Assembly: GCA_951406725.2 (NCBI GenBank)
Contig: OX597814.1
Location: forward strand, 213,280,001 to 213,344,000
Source: Octopus vulgaris
Lineage: Eukaryota
DNA: 64,000 nt
Direction: 5' to 3'
The position numbers and the translations under genes are program-made. Shown here piece by piece: positions 14,396 to 28,433 of the stretch. The number at the start of each line of letters is the position of its first letter. Position 1 is the stretch's first letter. The notes below the pieces were generated by a model that was not told the DNA's origin, made no database searches, and saw only the letters and a list, made by a program, of their open reading frames with translations.

Positions 14396-15378
14396 AGAAA
14401 TGAAGTACTCCCAGAAATGCACGGACTGAAGAAACCACCTGAACCAAGAGTACCATTTGATTTGAGCGACATTAAACGGAAAGAAATGGATGAGTTCATA
14501 AGGAAAGCAAGAACAAAAAGTGCACCAAGGAACGATGGAGTGAGCTACAAGATATACAAATATTGCCCAAAATTACGATTGCAGCTGTTTGCACTGATAA
14601 GAGAAATGTGGAAGAAGAAAGATGTAGCGGAGCGATGGTGAATAGCCGAAGGTATCTATCTACCTAAAGAAAAAGAGGCAAAAGTACTAGGCCAATTTAG
14701 ACCGATTTCACTACTAAATACAGACGGGAAAATCATGTTCGGAATAATTGCTAGACGAATCATAAGATTCGTACAGCATAACGGATACGTTAATGAAGCG
14801 ATTCAAAAAGCAGGAATCCCCGGAATCCCTGGGTGCATAGAACACGCATTTTCCATCGGGGAAGCCATCACCTGTGCAAAACAAATGAAGAAAAACCTAT
14901 ATATTGTTTGGCTAGATCTTGCCAATGCTTATGGATCTGTTCCGCACGCAATAATAAAAACAGCGATGGACCTCTTTTGGATTCCAAAAGATGTTCAACG
15001 AATGCTCGTGTCGTACTACGACAACCTGAGGATGGGATTTACAGCAGGAAAGTTCACCTCGGAGTGACAACGGCTTGAAATAGGTATTGCAGCCGGATGC
15101 CCAATATCAGTCATCTTATTCGTGCTAGTCATGGAAATGCTACTCAGATCTACAAACTGTGAGAAAGCTGTTACAAAGACACCATTAAGGGCTTTTATGG
15201 ACGACGTAACTATATTATCAGAAAATAGAGAAGCAGTTAGAGCGGTTGGGGGAACTGATAGGATGGGCAAGGATGAAATTCAAAGCCCAAAAATTTCGAA
15301 GCGTGGCTTTCGTGAAAGGAAGGCAAGAAGTGAAATTCAGGATAGGAAGTGAAGACATACCAACGGTGAAAGAATAAT
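14396..15378 (+). pseudogene. Reverse transcriptase fragment of a non-LTR retrotransposon (Hero/NeSL-like)
   Basis: Motifs FRPISLLN, QKAGIPGIPGCIEH, WLDLANAYGSVPH, GIAAGCPISVILF and FMDDV; in-frame TGA stops at about 14639 and 15065 and a frameshift near 15245. Clade assigned from memory of motifs. Confidence 0.9.
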
Positions 15379-15903
15379 GTGACCATTGCAAATGTACGAA
15401 ATAGCCTCGAGTATAGTAGAAAGGATGGAGAAAAGATGCAGTGTGTTTATCAGAACTGTTGTGATAGCAGACCACGAAACATGGTTGTAATTCCTCCTAT
15501 TGTAAACAGCTTCACAACAATGTCATACCACTTGAGAAGATCATAAACTGCGGAAAATTTGGGCAACTGATAATATATATATACATATATTTATATTTAT
15601 TTAAGTGTAAACAGAGTTAGCGGTTATAATAACCGACTAAGGGACAATATATCCGTATATACTATCGGTATCCGTTACCCGTATTATCCGCGGGCATTGG
15701 TGTGCAGGCGATCCCACACCACCTATATCATTGACTTCTCCCTCAGAACTTTTTTCTGTCTTTTATTATATAGACAAATCCGTTGTAACGGTTTTAACTT
15801 GCGACCTCGGTTCGAATTGTAGAGACGGTTGAACTTAGACTTGCCCCATTGTGGACCAAAGGTGGGATTCTCTGTAATTTCTGTGCGTAAATTTTCTTAA
15901 GCA

Positions 15904-16030
15904 ATTGCAGCGTGGAAGGTGTTTGTAAGCCATTTAAGAAACACACAAAAGCCGTTCAATTCACTTCAACATTCAAGTTTAATTTGTCAAAATATTTTCG
16001 TCGCTTTAAGACCCCGACCTGTTCACTTAC
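15904..16030 (+). repeat. Dispersed repeat shared with 34746-34872
   Basis: aattgcagcgtggaaggtgttt...ttcacttcaa...cgacctgttcact in both copies. Confidence 0.85.
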
Positions 16031-16169
16031 AAAAATCCGTGCTGCATCTCGGATGCACGGATTTCTGTCAGTAAGCAGGTTGCTGAGATCATTTCCTTCT
16101 GGTCTTTGAAAATGTGATCGCGTGTGTACCGTTGGCGATTTTTTTTTCCTCTGTCTTCCCTTCTCCTAT

Positions 16170-16204
16170 GTTTCCGACGAAGAGCTCCGCTCGAAACGTT
16201 AAAC
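16170..16204 (+). ncRNA. Minimal type-I hammerhead-like motif (core variant CCGACGA)
   Basis: gttt CCGACGA a gagc tcc gctc GAAA cgtt aaac: stems I and II pair, stem III is palindromic, one core substitution. Confidence 0.55.
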
Positions 16205-16308
16205 CCTCCTTCTTTCCTTCTTTCCTTCTTTCCTGAGCGTCCAATAATACTATATTTGTTCCACGTCCTCACGTTGTTGTGTTTTTTTGTACTTTCTTGT
16301 TTGGATTA

Positions 16309-16355
<47 letters not shown>

Positions 16356-16357
<2 letters not shown>

Positions 16358-16482
16358 CTTCTGTCTACCAAATCCACTCACAAGGCTTTGGCCGGGCCGA
16401 GGCTACAGTAGAAGTCACTTGTCCAAGATGACACGAAGAACCATGTGGTTGGTAAGCAACCTTCTTACCACACAGCCACTCT

Positions 16483-16484
<2 letters not shown>
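16356..16484 (-). mobile_element. SINE type D 5' half (gagtggctgtgtggtaag family)
   Basis: Matches 40790-40945. Confidence 0.8.
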
Positions 16485-16559
<75 letters not shown>

Positions 16560-16560
16560 G

Positions 16561-16605
<45 letters not shown>

Positions 16606-16707
16606 GTGTGTGTAAGTACGCGTGTGTGTTGTTCCAATTTCGAGGATATTTTGTATACCTTAATTTTCTCAGCTCACGGGAATAAACACACATACACACA
16701 TGTGTAT

Positions 16708-17101
16708 AACAATAGATCTAGTTCTGTTTAGATCGATTTGGCTAAACACGACATTTTCAGTAGTAATGGAAATAAGTATAGTTGCACTAAACTACTTAAA
16801 ACACTGGTGCAACTTCGATCAATTATGGCCAAATTTAAATTAGAAATGAAAAGTCGTTGCTACTTCTCGAAATTACTCGTTTTATCAATAGTGTTCAAGT
16901 CAGATTTAAGTAAGCATCATCACTTTCTACACAGGCATATAAATTTGATTTTAGTATTTTAGTAAATTCGTATGTTGAAATAGATTTGATTTTAGCTCGA
17001 TGGTGTGATATAAAGCCAAAATATAAACACACGCACTAGGTCAATTTTACTTCTTTATTACTTGTCAATTGTTCAGCAATCTAACGAACAGATCTATTGT
17101 T
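16708..17101. mobile_element. Non-autonomous TIR element (MITE), about 395 bp
   Basis: Imperfect TIRs aacaatagatctagttctgtttagat / atctaacgaacagatctattgtt. Confidence 0.65.
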
Positions 17102-17407
17102 TGTATAATCGTTCGGTTACTCAATCAGTCAATAATGTTTGTCAAAATGATTTCGTCATCATGGACCTTAGTTGTTTGATTCAATCCCAGGTTATTGCTG
17201 GTACTTTTTTTACCGACCAGTGAGAAGTGAATGGATATAGATATAATTATATATGTGACTAAACTCAGTACTACTTTCAGTCACATATCACAGAAGCAAG
17301 TGAGCGGATCTGTTAATAGTTGATCAGCGACAGCTCAAGTTTGCCGCATATTTTATTATACCATGTTACAAAATTGGTGACTTCTCCATAGACACGGCAA
17401 TTAATTA

Positions 17408-17634
17408 CCTATTTCTTTACTACCCACAAGGGGCTAAACACAGAGGGGGCAAACAAGGATAGATACACGGATTAAGTCGATTACATCGATCCCAGTGCGT
17501 AACTGGTACTTAATTTATCGACCCCGAATGGATGAAAGGCAAAGTCGACCTCGGCGGAATTTGAACTCAGAACGTAGCGGCAGACGAAATACCGCTAAGC
17601 AATTCGCTCGACGTGCTAACGTTTCTGCCAACTC
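17408..17634 (-). mobile_element. SINE type C
   Basis: Reverse complement of the 4545-4779 family. Confidence 0.9.
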
Positions 17635-19499
17635 ACATAATTACCATTATGTCAGTTCACCTAACTATCAACAGGTTATATGTAGTGATTGCCTTGATAT
17701 ATATATATCAACAGAAGAACAATGAATGTCAAAACGTGGACTCAAAATATTTATATAAATCAAGTTTAAATAAAGATAAAAAATATTTATTCTGGCTGAC
17801 TAGAAGCTGCAATATTGAAAAAGAAACAAACAGCATAAAATAAATGTAAAAACAATAAAAATAAAATGCAATATTCTACTTGAATATTGATGTTTTTGTA
17901 CTGAAGAAAGTGTTTAGAAATGCAAAACCATTTTCTGTTTAAACTTATCTAACTTTAATTACCTAGTAAGTCGTCTTTTAGGCCAGGTCAGCATTAATAT
18001 GGCGATAATATGATGAAACACACTAGTCAAAATCCCCTATCTTTTTCCTATATATAATACGCCCAGAAGTCTATTATTCAATGTTTAGTTCTTTTTTAAA
18101 CAGTAATGTTGTATTTGAGGAAGATTTGACTGCACCTTTTAGCAATTGAAACACATTTACAGAATCTGTCTCATTGTATTATTGTATCTAGCATTCTTGG
18201 AAAAGAATGAACATTATATTTTTGTAAACACTACTTACTACAAAATATACAAGTCCACATTCCTTCCAGCTACATAAAAAATAAACATTTTCTTTTTTGT
18301 TCATTTAAGTGAGAACAAAGGTAAAATAGAGAAAGTTTTGCTCTTGATGCTTTTACCGAGGAAATTAATACGATAGTAAAGTGAAATGGCTTCAACTAGA
18401 ATCGAAGCAGTACAGATTCAACTCTACAAAAGATTATCATTTTCTCTACGGCGTTGTTAAAGTAATTTCTCTGAATAAATTGCTATGTGAATATTCAAAA
18501 TAATTTACAGTTATGACGACTAAAGCTTCGTTTGGAAAAAACAGTTCATTTCCAGGTCCATTTATAGTATGTGCGCATAATATTTTCTTGTTTGTTGTTT
18601 TCAAGAAACATCTTAGAATGAATTCTGTTGAGTTCATTTAATTTTTGTGGTATTTACCGTATATAACCATAAGAAAAAACTATGTTATTATGTAAAGTTG
18701 TTACTTTTATTATTTTCTAGCGTGTTATTGCTTTGATTCTGGCGTTTTTAAGTGCGAAGACAACGTCAATATTTGTGTAGGTGACTTTTTTTTTTGTATT
18801 TCTATATTTGTATGTGTATACATGCATAAAATTCCACGCCATATATACATTTATATATAAATTCACATATAAACGTACGTTTTATGTAATACTGTAGGAA
18901 CCTGTGTGTATGTGTATCTGTTTGTCCTTGCCTATTATATTTACTGGATAGCAGAGTATCGCACTTTCGAGCTAAATTTGGTTTTGTTTTACCGTTGCTT
19001 TGTTTTTGCTTTGTCTTTTTTACAGCTTAAACGAAATATGTCTTCACTTAATATTTGTTGTTATTCATGTTTCTCTTGCATTCATAAATTTCTTTCTCAT
19101 TCATTTTCCAATGTGCCTTTTGCGTTGTTGCTTTCTTTTGTGTTTCTTTTTTCCAAAAGGAAGCACTTAGGTCAAATCAAGACAACAAGAATCGCTTACC
19201 ATAAAGAAAAGTAACCTTTCTCTGCTATTTCACTGACTATATCAAGGAATTTTTCCGGTCTTACAAGGAAAACACATTACGATCATAAAAATATGTCTAC
19301 GTTGTGTATATGTGATACATGATTTCATGAACGATGTGAGATGGTGTAATAGATGGAATGGTAGAGAAGAATGAAGAGATTTTTTTTAAAATTCGTTGTG
19401 CTATGGTATATTATGTTGAAGTCTCTGACAAACATTTCTATTACGACTCACTGGAATGGCAATGCAGAAAAGAGAATCTGATAAGCTATTTCACGCTAA

Positions 19500-19579
<80 letters not shown>

Positions 19580-19744
19580 GTGTGTGTTGTGTGTGAGGGC
19601 GTACGTAAAGAGGTATAAACAATAATCTACACAACGTTTCTATATCGAATTGAATACGTTTTGCGATGTAAGAAATAAAGCTTTTTATACATATACATTT
19701 TATCTAAATATAAGTAAATATACACATGCTCACACTGATCTGAA

Positions 19745-19990
19745 TACATATATATATATGTATATATATGTATGCATATGTGTATGTATGCATGCATGTA
19801 TGTTTGTATGTATGTATGTATGCATGCATGTATGTATGCATGCATGTATGTATGCATGTATGTATGCATGCATGTATGTATGCATGTATGTATGTATGTA
19901 TGTATGTATGCATGTATGTTTGTATGTATGTATGCATGCATGTATGTATGTATGTATGTATGTATGTATGTATGTATGTATGTATGTATG
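19745..19990. repeat. (GTAT)n/(GCAT)n microsatellite
   Basis: Direct. Confidence 0.95.
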
Positions 19991-20556
19991 TGTGAGCGCG
20001 TAGGCAACGATAAAACCGTACAGTTAGGCTGTTGACCTTGTAGAGCATTCCCGAAGACGAAATTTTCTTGAAACATAACAGACATCGTTCTGCTGTAAGA
20101 TCTTCTGGAGTTCAAGGACATCGATAATTTACCATTGCACGTGGTACCTATTTCCTGGAGCTCCTGCCAACGCGAGCGAGCGATTGCGAATGAAAAGAGT
20201 CGCAGCAAAATCTGTGCTCACAGAAGATCAAAAGCGGTCGTGACTAAATGCGTGTCGTGAACTGAAACAACAGTTGGATGTTAATCTGGACCTTTTTTCC
20301 GAAGGTCATCACTGTGACGATAGATGGTGCTACGGAATTCGCAGATGTGAAAGAGATGAAGAAAAAATGACGATGGCGTTAAAAGTGATCACTTCGCAAG
20401 AGTTCCAGCACTTCTTCGGATTGTGGAAAATGCGCCTGGACCGATACATTGCTTCAGATGAAGGCTACTTTGAAGGCGATAAAAGTTTAAGCATGTGAAA
20501 TTAAGTGAATAAAATGATATTGCAATATCCCAGTTTCTTTGGGGTACCACTTCGTA
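19991..20556 (+). mobile_element. Internally deleted mariner remnant
   Basis: Translates to a degenerate first-D region (HCDDRWCYG) and a mariner-type C-terminus (WKMRLDRYIASDEGYFEGD); ends ...ccacttcgTA. Confidence 0.7.
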
Positions 20557-22431
20557 TATCTATATAAATACCTGAGATTTGGTCACTTGTGTCAACATTT
20601 ACGCATTTCATCAATGTTTGAAATAAGGAAATTAAAGCCAACCATTATTAAATAGAAATATCGGAAGATTAGGACCATTTCAAAGTTGTAAACATGATAA
20701 CGGCAAAAAATTAACTAACTTTCAAATTAAATGCCTGCAAAATTTAAAACTGGGAAGGTGAGAATATCAAGGTGTGTCAAAGTTCTACGAGGTAGAAGAC
20801 ATTGAGACACCGCAATATGTTCCGACATGAACAATATTATTAGTACATTGATATGTAAATATACATAGACATGCATAAAAACATTTATACATACACACGT
20901 ACAGATACGCATATGCATACACATTGTTTTAATACATGCACCCTCGCATATGCGCACACTCACAAGCATACACGCACACACTCGCACACGTACATGCAGT
21001 TGTATATACATGTGTGTGTATGTGTGTATTTATAGTGACAAGTCTGGGTTATTTTACCTTGTTCTAAAGAAAACTTCAAAAGGTACAGCCTGACAAACAT
21101 TCTATACAACCAGTTGGAAACCAAATATATTTCGAATAAAACGATAATTTGAAGTATGATAGCTGCGTTCCAACAGAGAAATCAAGGAACAAATGCATCA
21201 AGAGATTAAATCAATTTATTGACCTCAAGTCTAAGTATACGGACTTGTGTACTTGTATATCAGTCGTAACGTCTTTATAGTCTCTATCCTATCTCCTGCA
21301 ATTACCTCTTTCAATTAGACACGAGAACAAACTTCTTTTAATTAATGCAAGTACACGTTAACTATGCGGTACTCATAAAATTATTTATGTATAATTAAAC
21401 GGTTAATAATTCTCATGGAAGCAAGTATAGCAGTGTCTTGTTTTCTTTGCTACATCATAAAAGACCCAAAACAGCATTTTCAGCCTAGAAAAGAAATCAG
21501 TAATTTCACTGATCATATATGCGAATGTGAATTTGAGAACATCTTTAAAATAGCTAAAGAATTTCTGATGAGGCATGAAAATGAAACTGGTACTGGATTC
21601 CCTCTGTGGAACATCGATAATCCTACACAACACATCACTATCATATAAGTTAAGTTAGTTCATTCAAAAATATTGCAGATGGGCGCTTAAAATGAAGACA
21701 ACAAGCCATATAGAAAATCATAACACACTAAAACCATTATGTGAAGTACCGATAAATGTATGACATTACATCTTGAAAGGACAAGATGAACAATTGCCAG
21801 CTCCAAATATTCCTGACAAGTATTTTTGCGCATAAAAAAAATCATCTCTCAATGCAAGCTATATAAATATAAATCTGGAAAAAATCAGCCACATAATTGT
21901 GCACTACCAGGGAATGACTTCTATGTACGATATTTCCGAGCGGTGTATTATGCTCACCAGAAAACAAATTTATCGGGAAAGAATAAATAAATAGACGGAA
22001 TGCGAGCTTCCCTAGCGTGCGGAACTGAGTCTATAAGAGAGTTTTTTTGCAACAACCACATGATTCTTTGAATTCACATTTTATTCTACTCATGTAATAA
22101 AATACAAATACTTTGAAACTGGTGAGTAGACGGAATTTAGAACAATTATATTCAAAGCAACAACCTATTTAAAGCAGTGTCGAATACATATTACTTGATA
22201 TAGCAAAATATTAGTGTACTATGTCTCGAAAGTTCGCAGTTTATTTGATGTTAATATGGTAAACAAAATGCAAGAAAAATAGATATATCAGTGGTCCATT
22301 GGTAGGGAGATTACAACGTTCAACTTTATATCTTTTCTTTATAATTGAAGCAACAATATGAGAAACCCACTCATAAACATATGAACAGATAGCTGAAATT
22401 CTTCAAGGATATATGCAGGTATGTATGTATG

Positions 22432-22493
<62 letters not shown>

Positions 22494-22609
22494 AATTCAG
22501 ATGAATATGGTACTTAAGTTGAGGCACCAGAATTTACAACGGTATTATCCATACAATTTCAAAATAAGGTGATTAAAATCAAATAAGCAGAAAGGATATA
22601 CAGTGGAAA

Positions 22610-22701
22610 TGCAGTACGTTCGTTTCATGCAATTCCATTTAATTGAACAATGCAATCATTTCATTACATCAATTTAAAATGTAGATCAATCTTCAGCTGC
22701 A
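22610..22701 (-). ncRNA. Type-I hammerhead-like motif in a PLE pLTR-like segment
   Basis: Minus strand tgcag CTGAAGA ...long loop... GAAA cgaac GTA ctgca: 5-bp stem I, weak stem II closure. Flanks are homologous to the 44285-44410 region. Confidence 0.6.
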
Positions 22702-22879
22702 CAAAGGCATATACTTTTATTAAATTAGAACAGAAGGACACATTATTATAATTTTACCTAGAATCACCAAGAAGTTAAAGAGATAGACAAAGAACATGTT
22801 GTACCAACATACTAATATTAATATGAAAGAACATGTGTACCAATCATACTAATATTAATATGAAATAAATAAATGTTAT

Positions 22880-23330
22880 ACTTACGGACCTATTATTAAA
22901 TTCAAAAATAAATTATGGGTCAGAAAAGACACTCACAACTGTTTCGATATTACAATGGGCGCGTCAGACTCAGCCCAAGTAACTGACCTTGTGGGAATTT
23001 ACCTTTTATCAAATATACATGAAGAATCCCCAGAAATTTGGTGGATTGTATAGGGGTGACGCTCTTTTTATAGTAAAAAGTATTTCTAATAAACCTCTTA
23101 AATTAATTAGAAAGCGCTTATATAAGTTCTTTAAAAGATTTGGCCTTTCCATTACTATTGAGAGAAAAAAACAACTCTATAAAGTTTCTGGATGCCAATT
23201 GTAATGTATCAACTGATCTATATGTACCTTATTAAAAACCTAACTCTAACTTCAAATACATACCCTTCTAAATTAATCACCCAAAATCAATAAAAATGCA
23301 CTTATTCATAATATTTTAATATTAAATTGG
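22880..23330 (+). pseudogene. Penelope-like element RT fragment (Naiad-like motifs)
   Basis: KLWVRKDTHNCFDITMGASDSAQVTDLVGIY, GGLYRGDAL, KFFKRFGLSITIE, KFLD and NHPKSIK, with frameshifts. Confidence 0.85.
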
Positions 23331-23825
23331 ATATAATAGATTCAGCACCTTCATATGTAGCTAATAATAAAGGGGCTTTCTTTGTTTAAATTAGAAAGTT
23401 TTCATTCTCTCGATGAGAAAATATTAACTAATTTTTATGAATATATTTACCCCAATATTAATATGATACATAAATACACAGTTAATTACTATATGTTATT
23501 TATCTCTATACTTTTTAATGATTACCCAGAGTATAGTATATATTATATTACATATTGTTTGCTAAATGTACACCCTTTCCTCCTTTATAAGGTCTATAAT
23601 GAATTTATCAATAAAACAAGACTCAGTTACCTGGAGTGTTCCGTAAACTTAACATATAAAAATGTAATGGTATATCATTTTTCTATCTCCGACCAGATTC
23701 TACTTTATACTGATTGAATTATTTCCTTTAAAATCTTCAAAGTCTGAATCGAAACACTTGTTATATCTATTTTTGTAAATAATAAATATAATTGTTAATT
23801 GATTTATCTCTATTTTCTTATTTTC

Positions 23826-23877
<52 letters not shown>

Positions 23878-24146
23878 AAATTGAAACATAGACAACTGAA
23901 GAAGGGAAATATTCTTTATGTTGTATGTCTCCTTTCTCTGGGTTTTTTTCGTTGTTCGAAAAAAAAGTTCGTTTCTATGTTTTTGTTTTTATGTTTTCGT
24001 TTTTCATTGTGTTCAACGTTTTTTTTTTTATGTCCCGTACCCATATATGCATGTATATATACGTATATATTATGTAGGCATGTACATATATGTATGTATA
24101 TATGCATATATTTATATATTATTTATACATATACATATACATATAC

Positions 24147-24248
<102 letters not shown>

Positions 24249-24276
24249 ATTATGTATATATATATATATATATATA

Positions 24277-25197
24277 GAAATATTGCATTTCTCAGGGAGA
24301 TTTATGCAGTAACATCACGATAAAGTCAAGATTTATTGCCAACTTAATGTGGTAGCCCCAGGAAATGGAAGAATGCTACTTCTATTTAGCTCCAAGAAAC
24401 ATCGTTTCTAGCTGACTAAGTGACACAAGCGTTTTGCGTCCCTAAGTTTTCAAACAGAGGAGATAAGCACCTCCACCTAACAAAGCCAGTCACCAGAGAC
24501 CAGTTTCAGGGTAGTTGCCGTCCATCGGTCTGGAGTAGATTTCCTCTGCTAGCTGTCAGTGCTAAAACGCTGTTGAAAACATAGAATTTCAAGTGAAATA
24601 AATTCACTGATCTCTAAAATTAGAAATATTTTAAATTCTTTAAGAGAGAGTTATGCAGTAGCAGCATGATAAAACCTCTGGATACTGGCTTTGTTGGGTG
24701 GAGGTACTTATCTCCCCTGTTTGAAAACTTAAGGACACAGAACACGTGTATCACGTAGCCAGCAAAACACAGTGTTTCTTGGAGCTAAATAGCAGTAGCA
24801 TTCTTCCCTTTACTGGGACTGCCACATTAAGTTGGCAATAGACAATCACTTTATCGTGCATAACTCTCTCTGAGAGATTTAGAAATGCAATATTTCTAAT
24901 TTTGTAGATCAGTGAATTTATTTCATTTGAAATTCTATAAGTTTTCAACAGCGATTTAGCACCAATAGCTAGTAGAGGCAAGCTACTCCAGACTGGTGAA
25001 CGGCAACTACCCTGAAATTAGTCTGTGAATCCTGGCTGTGTTGGATCAAGGTACTTATCTCCACTATTTGAAAGCTTAAGGACACAGAACGCGTGTGTCA
25101 GGTAGTCAACTAGAAACGGTGTTTCTTGGAGCTAAATTGCATTAACATTCACTTTGCTGGGACTGCAACATTAAGTTGGCAACAAACCATCACTTTA
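24277..25197. repeat. Tandem about 345-bp units: about 1.1 forward, then about 1.5 inverted, embedded in (TA)n
   Basis: ttgccaacttaatgt...tttagctccaagaaaca...aattcactgatct appears forward once and reversed twice (one reversed copy partial); diverged relative at 63405-63700. Confidence 0.9.
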
Positions 25198-25639
25198 TAT
25201 ATATATAGAGAGAGAGAGGGAGAGAAATAGAGAGATATATAATACAAAGGTATGCATGTAGATAAGATATATAGATAGATAGACAAATAGATAGATATAT
25301 ATTTACATGCATATATTTACATACATACAAGCATTTATGATCATACCATAGTTATACATACGTGTAAACGTGTGTGAGGTTGGTTTCAAACACGTAAGAA
25401 TGCACATATATACAGTACGTAAAGGTATTTGTGTGTGTGTGTGCGTCTATGTGTGTGTGGGTGTGTGTGTGTGTGCGTGCGTGTGTGTGTGTGTGTGTTT
25501 GTATGTGCAGTATACGTGATATATTGAAAGATATTACCTACTTGAAAACTATTTTTCTTTTAATTTGAAAGTATATTCGATTTAATTCTGTATGTTATTG
25601 GCTGTCACAACAAACATATTATCTGTCTCCATTCTTCAT

Positions 25640-25945
25640 CGAATGCATATACTGCACGATACAGATTTATGACTTTGATCAACGCTCCATTGCCCAAAAC
25701 TGAGTATTGTGCAGCTGAGAGCAGTCATGCGATTAATGTATATGCTTCTCACTGCACAAAATGATCGAACACAGCATGAACTAAAACGAAAGTGTCCACA
25801 CAGTGTTAACAGAGCGTTACTATTGCATAACAATATGATGGCATATTTCATTGGTGTATTGAACAATGGTGCCTGAATGTCGAAAATATCAGTTTCAAAT
25901 TCAACCGCTGCATGATGTACAAAAATTCACTATTTGACAGCTGAA
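25640..25945 (-). pseudogene. Possible highly degraded hAT transposase fragment
   Basis: Only HCSIHQ (hAT CxxH-like) and LIKVINLYRA are visible. Confidence 0.25.
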
Positions 25946-26185
25946 AATTATACACGTGTCCTCAATATCATATTTCTGCTCCTGAGGATTGAATCTTCTT
26001 AAAGTTATATGGGAAACCCATGGATTAATACACATACATGAAACATAGAATACCCTAGACGTTTCGGACAACCATATTTTTTTCTACTAAGAAACTAGAA
26101 GACATCTCAAATATATTAGACTGGAAATGAGGAATACAGGGTTACATGTATTTGAATAATACACACAAGCACAAATAATATATAG

Positions 26186-26449
26186 ATAAAAATATCGTGT
26201 ACATTACAACACATTGAGAGGCTCCCAAATAGGAAAGCCTTGTGCTAGAAAGAGCAGTAGAAACCTCAAACCACTAATTAGGGATAAATTCTCGAAAGGA
26301 ATTAAATTAGATGGTAAACGTTTTTAATTTTCATTCTTTTCGAGAATTTATCCCTAATTAGTGGTTTGAGTTGTCTACTGCTTTTTCTAGCACAACGCTT
26401 TCCTATTTGGAAGCCTCTTAATGTGTTTTAATGTACACGATATTTTTAT
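26186..26449. repeat. Fold-back palindrome, about 120-bp arms and 20-bp loop
   Basis: ctcaaaccactaattagggataaattctcgaaa / tttcgagaatttatccctaattagtggtttgag, with outer arms also pairing. Confidence 0.92.
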
Positions 26450-26642
26450 GTGAATAATATATAGTCTATTGACTAATCTTTTTTGTGCTAAGCCACTGGT
26501 AATAATAATTTCCATAATTCTTATTACCCTAATATTATTTATAATATATAGATAGATATGTATGTACATATATGTGTGTGTACATACACAAATATCTACA
26601 TACATGCTTACATACATAATTGCATATATATATATGTATATA

Positions 26643-26704
<62 letters not shown>

Positions 26705-26924
26705 TGGCTAGTAAACGATGAGAATGAGTACATAACACCGTATTTGGTGGTTAAATGTTTTCTTTATTTGCGAAAATTACCATACAACAACTGGTCTCAA
26801 GCAAGACATCAGAATTCTCAAACGTTACACTTAAAAATGCTGGTAATCAGTTTCCATTGTATATAATGCTATGTATGATTACACAAGACTTTAAAGGATT
26901 TGAAAATTATTTGGGGTAAGGTAT

Positions 26925-26987
<63 letters not shown>

Positions 26988-27104
26988 GCCCCCTTAATCG
27001 TTATTTCATGCGTACAGCTTAGTGGAAATAGTAAACCACAACGCGTGAAACGTGAAATGTCAATTAGTAGATTAACAGTAACCACATGTGTGCGTTTTTT
27101 CGTT

Positions 27105-27445
27105 GCTTCGTTATTTGTTATTTTTAATGTTCGATTTGAGTATATATTAGACTCGCGCACGTTGTGTGTGCAGCTGGTAAATATACTCAAAAACATATCA
27201 TGATTTTCCTGGATATTTTCCTTTCAGGGACCTTTCCTTTCTCCCCTTTCTGACGAAGAACTATGCTCGGAACGTTAAAAATCTACACTTCTTTCCATCT
27301 TTACTAAGCATAAAGAAAATACATTCCATGTGTACGTATTTCCGTTGTTTTGTTATTTGTCATATTTAATGTTCGATTTGACTATATACACAGGGTGTGT
27401 GCACATACGTGTGGAGCTGATAAATATACGCAACAACATATCGTG
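27105..27445 (+). mobile_element. pLTR-like partial tandem repeat enclosing a hammerhead-like motif (27247-27280)
   Basis: About 95-bp direct repeats (27107-27203, 27351-27445); ttt CTGACGA a gaac tat gctc GGAA cgtt aaaa; same family as 16160-16290. Confidence 0.6.
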
Positions 27446-28368
27446 TCAAAATCATCTGCGTTTTAAGAACTCCCACCCTCGATTCATGGGACGTTCAGAG
27501 ACATCTAAATTGTTTTTATAGCTTTGTTCAATGTACGACTATGTGTGTGTGCGTGTCTCAGCGTGAGTCAGTGTGCGTATCAGCTTGTGTGAAAATGTTT
27601 ACGGATGTGTGAGTGAATGCGTATGTATTAATATGTAACTGTGTGCGTGATTCTCATTCTCGCATGTCTAGATGTGAACCGATCACATACAATAAAAATA
27701 CTATCTTGTCAAAGTAATAGATTCTTAGATAGATTCACGTTTTTAACGAACACAGTGCATTTCATACTGTTATATTTAGCTGAGCAACAATGTGTATACT
27801 TATATCTTACGGAGAGGGTGCAGAAAGAGAAAACACAGATAAAGAAAGAGCGTGGTAGAAGTTGGCTGTGTGTGTATATGTATGAGATTGTATAGGTATG
27901 TGTATGGATTTGTATATGTATGTGTTCGATTGTTTTTGTATATAATATACATATGTCAGATTAAACAATATTATGTAGAGTGGACAAAGGACCTGATGTC
28001 TGAGATTGTTTTTATTGTTCTTCAGCTTATTTGTTTGCTTCAGAATTTCGCGTGAAATTGTATAAACAAGGACAAACACGATACAAATATTTCTATTAAC
28101 AATAAGCATTATGTTATTTGCTTGTTTTTCATTTGTTTGTATTTTTAATTCATTTTGGTAATTTGAATCACGAACAAAAATGCTTTTATACAATTTAGTC
28201 CATTCTACTAGAATCCTTTTGTTGCCTTTATTTCAAGTGCAAACATAGTTAATGTGTTTGGAAAACTTTAGAAAAATTTTAACCAGGAAATCTAAAGTAT
28301 ATTACTTATATACATGTGCGTGTATATGTGCGTGTGTGTTTACGTATACATGGATATATATGTATGTA

Positions 28369-28433
<65 letters not shown>

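Noticed and set aside
21050-21650. Possible PLE endonuclease remnant
   Set aside because: Similarity too faint to support by eye
24569-24612. Hammerhead in the 345-bp unit (CTGTTGA...GAAA)
   Set aside because: Non-canonical core, and stems I and III do not pair convincingly
26050-26125. Minus-strand ccGAAAcGTCtagg half-motif
   Set aside because: No upstream CTGANGA box
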